Assembly (NCBI GenBank): GCA_964013405.1
Contig: CAXGWI010000123.1
Span: 1 to 10,783, forward strand
DNA: 10,783 nt
Origin: an uncultured Myxococcales bacterium
GTDB lineage: Bacteria > Myxococcota > UBA4151
Reading direction: 5' to 3'
In this document: positions 6,457 through 10,783 of the stretch, one piece after another
Position numbering within the stretch: position 1 is the stretch's first letter
Layout of the letters: each line of letters begins with the position of its first letter
Notes under the pieces: model-generated
Seen by the model: the letters and a program-made list of their open reading frames with translations, nothing else
The model's database searches: none
What the model was told of the DNA's origin: nothing
Program-made: the position numbers and the translations under genes

Positions 6457-8043
6457 ATGGCGAAGCGCTATGATGTGATCGTTGTTGGGGGCGGGCATAA
6501 CGGGCTCGTTGCGGCCGCTTATCTGGCCCGGGCCGGACGCAAAGTGCTGGTCCTGGAGCGCCGGTCTATCCTCGGTGGCGCCTGCGTCACCGAAGAGACC
6601 TTTCCCGGCTTTAAAGTCAGCACGGCAGCCTATGTGAACAGCCTGTTTCGCCCCGACATCATTCGGGATCTCAACTTGGCGGAACATGGCTTCGAGATGC
6701 TGGAGCGGAGTCCTTCTAGCTTTACGCCCTTTCCCGATGGTCGGCACCTGTTCTTGGGTCCCGACGAGGAGATGACCCGGCGCTCCATCGCCCAGTTCAG
6801 CGAAAAAGACGCAGCTGCCTATCCCCGCTATGAGGCCATGCTGGAGCGGGTGGCAGCTTTTATTGAGCCCACCATCGACAGCGAGCCACCGGATCCTCAG
6901 TCAAACCGGCTCGGTGAGTTGTGGAAGACACTCCAATTGGGGCTGAGTTTTCGGAAACTGGGGCCAGACATGGAGGAGGCGATTCGGGTGCTCACAGCAC
7001 CGGCCCAGGTCATCCTCGACGAATGGTTTGAATCGGAAGAACTCAAAACAACCCTGGCCACTGACGCGATCATCGGTGCCATGGCGGCACCCTCAACGCC
7101 GGGGACGGGCTATGTCCTCTTTCATCACGTGATGGGGGAGACCAACGGCAAGAAAGGTGTCTGGGGCTACGTGCGCGGCGGGATGGGCGGCTTATCAAAC
7201 GCCATCGCTGATGCAGCCCGGGCCTTCGGCGCTGAGATTCGGACCGACGCTGAAGTGGCTCAGGTCATGGTGGAGAAAGGCCGAGCCACCGGTGTGGTGC
7301 TGGCCGATGGGACGGAGATCCAAGCCCGGACGGTCGCGAGCAATTTGGACTGCAATCTCACGTTCAACCGGCTGGTGGGCCCGGACCATTTGGATGAAGA
7401 CTTCCTGCGGCGGATCAACAGGATTCGCTACGATAGCGCTTCGATGAAGATTAACGTCGCGCTCTCCGAATTGCCGGACTTCAAAGCCCTGCCAGGCACC
7501 GAGGCGGGGCCCCAGCATCGGGGCACGATCCACCTCTGTGCGAATACGGAGACGATCGAGAAGGCTTTTGATGAAGCAAAGTACGGCATCCCGTCGACAA
7601 GGCCTGTTCTGGAATGCACGATTCCTTCCGTAGTTGATGAGACGGTTGCCCCCGAAGGCAAGCACCTGATGAACATGTTTGTTCAGTATGCACCCTACCG
7701 CTTGGCGGAGGGGAGTTGGGATGATCACCGAGAGGATTTTGCCGACCGGTGTTTCCAGATCTTTGACGAGTATGCTCCCAACTTCAGTGCGTCTGTGATC
7801 GATCGCCAAGTGTTGGCACCCCCCGATTTGGAGCGAATGATCGGTCTGACTGGAGGCAATATCTTTCAAGGTGAAATGAACCTCTTCCAGCTGGCGCCCA
7901 TGCGTCCGGTCCTGGGCTGGGCCAACTATCAGACCCCCATCCAAGGGCTCTACCTCTGTGGCGCAGCGGCCCATCCCGGTGGAGGTGTGATGGGCGCCTG
8001 CGGTCGAAACGCCGCCAAGCGTATGCTGCGGGACGGTCGATGA
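6457..8043 (+). CDS. FAD-dependent oxidoreductase, phytoene dehydrogenase-related (COG1233)/PYROXD2-like
   Basis: N-terminal YDVIVVGGGHNGLVAAAYLARAG..VLERR..LGGA..TEE..PGF, central GYVRGGMGGLSNAIA, C-terminal GLTGGNIFQG and TPIQGLYLCGAAAHPGGGVMGACGRNAA. Purine-rich AAGGGGG lies upstream of the ATG. Confidence 0.92.
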   Translation: MAKRYDVIVVGGGHNGLVAAAYLARAGRKVLVLERRSILGGACVTEETFPGFKVSTAAYVNSLFRPDIIRDLNLAEHGFEMLERSPSSFTPFPDGRHLFLGPDEEMTRRSIAQFSEKDAAAYPRYEAMLERVAAFIEPTIDSEPPDPQSNRLGELWKTLQLGLSFRKLGPDMEEAIRVLTAPAQVILDEWFESEELKTTLATDAIIGAMAAPSTPGTGYVLFHHVMGETNGKKGVWGYVRGGMGGLSNAIADAARAFGAEIRTDAEVAQVMVEKGRATGVVLADGTEIQARTVASNLDCNLTFNRLVGPDHLDEDFLRRINRIRYDSASMKINVALSELPDFKALPGTEAGPQHRGTIHLCANTETIEKAFDEAKYGIPSTRPVLECTIPSVVDETVAPEGKHLMNMFVQYAPYRLAEGSWDDHREDFADRCFQIFDEYAPNFSASVIDRQVLAPPDLERMIGLTGGNIFQGEMNLFQLAPMRPVLGWANYQTPIQGLYLCGAAAHPGGGVMGACGRNAAKRMLRDGR

Positions 8044-9101
8044 CCGACCTTTACGACGCAAGCCTGCCCATCGAGGTCGCAAAGACGCCGCCGGCCGCCT
8101 GGTACCGAAGTCAGGATCAGGACCGTTTGGAGCGCCGGCAGGTCTTGGCGAACAACTGGCAGGCGGTGGCCCACCTCGATCAGCTGCAGGTGCCAGGGGA
8201 CTATGTGTCAGGCTGCGCCGGCGGTGAGCCTTGGGTCGTGGTTCGGGATGAGGCCGGTGCGCTCAGGGCCTTTGCCAATGTCTGCCGGCACAACGGGACC
8301 CAGGTGGCTGAAGGGGAGGGGCGCTTGGATGCCCTCGTCTGTCCCTACCATGGCTGGACCTACAATCTTCGGGGGCAGTTGACGAAAGCACCACGACTCG
8401 CGGGCATCGAATCCTTTGACCGAGGGGACTACAATCTGAGTCAAATCGGACTACAAGTCTTTGGACCCTTGGTCCTCATCAACGGATCTGGTGGGGCGCA
8501 GGCCCTAGGTCTCGATGGACTCACAAGGGAACTTGACGCCACCGGTTGGCAAGACTTGGTACGTGTGGAGCGCCGTAGTTACGAGTTGTTCTGTAACTGG
8601 AAAGTCTTCGTCGATAACTATCTGGACGGTGGCTATCATGTGCCGTTCTTACATCGAGACCTGGCGGCCGAGCTTGATCTCAAGGGCTATCAAACCGAGT
8701 GTTACGAGCATTACGCGTTGCAACGGGTTTCCTCAGGGCAAGGGGCCGGTGAGCGACTCCAGGGTGAGGCGCTCTACGTCTGGGTTTATCCCAACCTGAT
8801 GATCAACCGCTATGGTGCGATGATGGACATCAATGTGGTGACTCCCATGGGCCCGGAGCGCTGCCGTGTCGATTTTGATTGGTACATGGAGCCCGATCAG
8901 GACCCGGGCTTAATCCACGACAGACTGACCGCCAGCGAGCAGGTCCAGGACGAAGACATTGCGATCTGTGAATCCTTGCAGGTGGGTTTGGGCTCCCAGC
9001 ATTATCGCCCTGGGCCCTATGCACCACGGGTTGAAACAGCGAAGCATCTCTTCCACCGGCTCGTGGCCCAGGACCTGACCCGGGGCTCTGATTCCCCTTA
9101 G
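8040..9101 (+). CDS. Rieske non-heme iron oxygenase alpha subunit, choline monooxygenase-like
   Basis: Rieske motif C-x-H-x16-C-x2-H (CRH...CPYH); mononuclear Fe motif NWKVFVDNYLDGGYHVPFLH; C-terminal QDEDIAICESLQVGL. ATGA overlap with the upstream gene at 8040-8043. Confidence 0.92.
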   Translation: MTDLYDASLPIEVAKTPPAAWYRSQDQDRLERRQVLANNWQAVAHLDQLQVPGDYVSGCAGGEPWVVVRDEAGALRAFANVCRHNGTQVAEGEGRLDALVCPYHGWTYNLRGQLTKAPRLAGIESFDRGDYNLSQIGLQVFGPLVLINGSGGAQALGLDGLTRELDATGWQDLVRVERRSYELFCNWKVFVDNYLDGGYHVPFLHRDLAAELDLKGYQTECYEHYALQRVSSGQGAGERLQGEALYVWVYPNLMINRYGAMMDINVVTPMGPERCRVDFDWYMEPDQDPGLIHDRLTASEQVQDEDIAICESLQVGLGSQHYRPGPYAPRVETAKHLFHRLVAQDLTRGSDSP

Positions 9102-9189
9102 ATCTCCGTTCGAATCGGATTGCCGACGTTGTAGATGCCGGTTGTTGGAGTCATTTTGCCGGGATGTTCTCGAACGAGGACTCGGGGGA

Positions 9190-9560
9190 CCACGGGGGTA
9201 CGTTTCGGCTCTATCCCGCAGTCAGTTAAGGTACTGCTTCAGGGCGTCTGTTGGTAGGTGTTTGTGCGTGTTCCTCATCATCTGATCAAACGCCCCTTTT
9301 GGGTGCCTAGAGCTCCTCGAGCTGCGTGTAGAAGCGAATTCCGTGCTCTCCTTCGAGTGTTGTTTGTCCTGCTGGCACAGTATCGCTGTCCTCCCCAAGT
9401 ATGATGTCATCCGGGTAATCATGCCAGCTCTCTGACGCGTTTGCGAATGACCGTAAATAAGCGGCGATTACCTTAAGATCGGTTGCGTGGTAATCGGCTT
9501 GCAGTCGGTACTTCCTTAGCTGCTCCAGTTTAGGTGTTGTTTGATGAACTATGACCCAAG
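9190..9560 (-). pseudogene. Probable decayed gene fragment of unknown function (boundaries approximate)
   Basis: Protein-like text in ORF 9307..9660 (KLEQLRKYRLQADY...FYTQLEEL*) appears to continue in a shifted frame (HPKGAFDQMMRNTHKHLPTDALKQYLN*LRDRAETY). There is no convincing start or SD. Hand-counted GC is about 52% over 9241-9540. Confidence 0.35.
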
Positions 9561-9580
9561 ATCCGCTTGATAGGCAATCG

Positions 9581-9653
9581 TGCTGAAGGGGGGGCGAGCG
9601 GTCCATCGGACCGGTGTTTAGAGTTCCCCTCGAGCACCCAACCCCCCTTAGCA
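9581..9653. other. Nested inverted repeats; candidate structured RNA/DNA element
   Basis: TGCTGAAGGGGGG (9581-9593) pairs with CCCCCCTTAGCA (9642-9653) with one bulge. It encloses CGGTCC-atc-GGACCG (9599-9613) and a G-U-containing stem at 9614-9623/9629-9637. Confidence 0.4.
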
Positions 9654-9684
9654 AGCCCACCTGGTACGCTCAGGGAGGTCCCCC

Positions 9685-9768
9685 ATGCTGAGACGACGGC
9701 CCAGTTGCCCTGCTGACCGCGCTGAGCTTCGCCTGTGCGATAGCCTTGGACTTGGAAGGCCGGTTTAA
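9685..9768 (+). CDS. Candidate 27-aa small ORF (MLRRRPSCPADRAELRLCDSLGLGRPV)
   Basis: Perfect SD GGAGGT (9674-9679) 5 nt before ATG 9685; TAA at 9766-9768, 36 nt before the next gene. It is too short for the supplied ORF track. Confidence 0.3.
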   Translation: MLRRRPSCPADRAELRLCDSLGLGRPV

Positions 9769-9804
9769 GGCACGACTGCCTCACGCTCATCGCTGGAGAA
9801 CGCC

Positions 9805-10662
9805 ATGTGTCGCTTCGTCCTGTATCTGGGCCCTGAACTCACCCTCGACCAACTGATCACCGAGCCACGCAACTCGATCATCCACCAAAGCCATCATGCG
9901 GAACACCGGCAGGAGCCGCTCAACGGTGATGGTTTCGGTGTCGCCTGGTACGCCCACGACGTCTCGCCCGAGCCGGCTCTTTTCCGCTCGATCCAACCGG
10001 CCTGGAACAACATGAATCTGCGCCATTTAGCCCGGGTGACCCGCAGCACCTGTCTCCTGGGCCATGTCCGAGCGGCGAGCCCGGGGCTAGGCGTCTCGGA
10101 AGTCAACTGCCACCCCTTTCGCGCCGGCCGCTATGCCTTCATGCACAACGGGTACGTGTCCGGTTTCCGTGGGATCAAACGGGCTTTGCGGGCCCGCCTT
10201 TCAGACAGCGCTTATACGCGGATCGCCGGCAGCACAGACTCGGAACACGTCTTCGCCTTGCTCCAAGATCGCCTCGACTTGGATCAGGCGCCCCACAGCA
10301 CCGCCGAACTCGCCGGCGCGATCGGTGCTGTCATCGGCGAGGTCGCTGCGCTACTTCGGCAAGCTGGCGTCGACGACAACAGTCATCTCAACTTGGCGCT
10401 CACCGATGGTCACCGGGCCGTGGTGACCCGCCATGTCGCGCCAGGCCACCAAGCCAACAGCTTGTTCGTTCATCAGGGAGCCGCTTACCGCTGTGAGGAT
10501 GGGGTTTGCCGTATGGAGGCTCCCGACACGTCGAGGCGAGCTGTGCTCGTGGCTTCCGAACCCCTCAGCGATGACCCAGGCTGGGACGAAGTACCAAGCA
10601 ATCATTTGGTGCGTATCGAGTCCGACCACGAGGTGACGATCGAGCCGATTCCAGGCCTCTAG
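9805..10662 (+). CDS. Class II glutamine amidotransferase-like Ntn hydrolase (EgtC/Dug3/YafJ family)
   Basis: N-terminal M-C-R nucleophile; NGDGFGVAWY, PAWNNMNL, GHVRAAS, NCHPF, FMHNG, GSTDSE and VASEPL motifs. GGAG SD at 9795-9798. Confidence 0.92.
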   Translation: MCRFVLYLGPELTLDQLITEPRNSIIHQSHHAEHRQEPLNGDGFGVAWYAHDVSPEPALFRSIQPAWNNMNLRHLARVTRSTCLLGHVRAASPGLGVSEVNCHPFRAGRYAFMHNGYVSGFRGIKRALRARLSDSAYTRIAGSTDSEHVFALLQDRLDLDQAPHSTAELAGAIGAVIGEVAALLRQAGVDDNSHLNLALTDGHRAVVTRHVAPGHQANSLFVHQGAAYRCEDGVCRMEAPDTSRRAVLVASEPLSDDPGWDEVPSNHLVRIESDHEVTIEPIPGL

Positions 10663-10689
10663 TTGCTGCAGAGTGCCCCGTCCAAAGGC

Positions 10690-10717
10690 CGCCATGAAAA
10701 GACGGCATGGCGTCTTT
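10690..10717 (+). terminator. Possible weak terminator or operator downstream of the amidohydrolase
   Basis: CGCCATG(10690-10696)/CATGGCG(10706-10712) stem followed by TCTTT; overlaps the near-palindrome AAAGACG-G-CATG-G-CGTCTTT (10698-10717). Confidence 0.3.
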
Positions 10718-10783
10718 ACCTTGTGGACCAGTTTGGCATAAAGCTGCCCACGATGATTTGTTGCGATGGCCCTGAACGAACCG

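Noticed and set aside
6457..8043. Calling this gene crtI or crtO
   Set aside because: No carotenoid genes nearby, and the motifs fit the broad COG1233/PYROXD2-like group; a specific symbol is unsupported.
7195..8082. 295-aa minus-strand ORF
   Set aside because: Antisense shadow of the flavoprotein gene.
9102..9804. tRNA, known riboswitch (TPP, cobalamin, SAM, glycine, c-di-GMP) or IS element in the long gap
   Set aside because: No cloverleaf around the GTTCGAATC at 9108-9116, no conserved riboswitch cores recognised, and no transposase or terminal repeats with target duplication.

Overview
GC-rich bacterial DNA, probably Myxococcota or a related Deltaproteobacterium (inferred from the myxobacterial-type Cys-rich repeat lipoprotein; not proven). 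Seven coding regions are well supported. (1) The 3' end of a membrane protein with a C-terminal hydrophobic hairpin. (2) A lipoprotein with 11 CGDG..CDDGN Cys-rich repeats capped by a 7-bladed RCC1 propeller. (3) A convergent Cys-type sulfatase lipoprotein, whose start I move to 4322. (4) A divergent class III adenylate cyclase-TPR protein, preceded by a sigma54-like promoter and a 5-codon upstream ORF. (5-6) A translationally coupled pair: a phytoene dehydrogenase/PYROXD2-like flavoprotein and a choline monooxygenase-like Rieske oxygenase. (7) An EgtC/Dug3-like Ntn amidohydrolase. A ~700-bp gap (9102-9804) holds a lower-GC, apparently decayed minus-strand gene, a nested stem-loop element and a small ORF with a strong SD. 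I found no rRNA, tRNA, CRISPR array or transposase. The best candidate for an undescribed system is the flavoprotein + Rieske operon (possible N-methyl-amine/betaine metabolism). The others are the cyclase regulatory module and the stalk-and-propeller surface lipoprotein with its membrane partner. All family calls come from motif recognition, not database searches.
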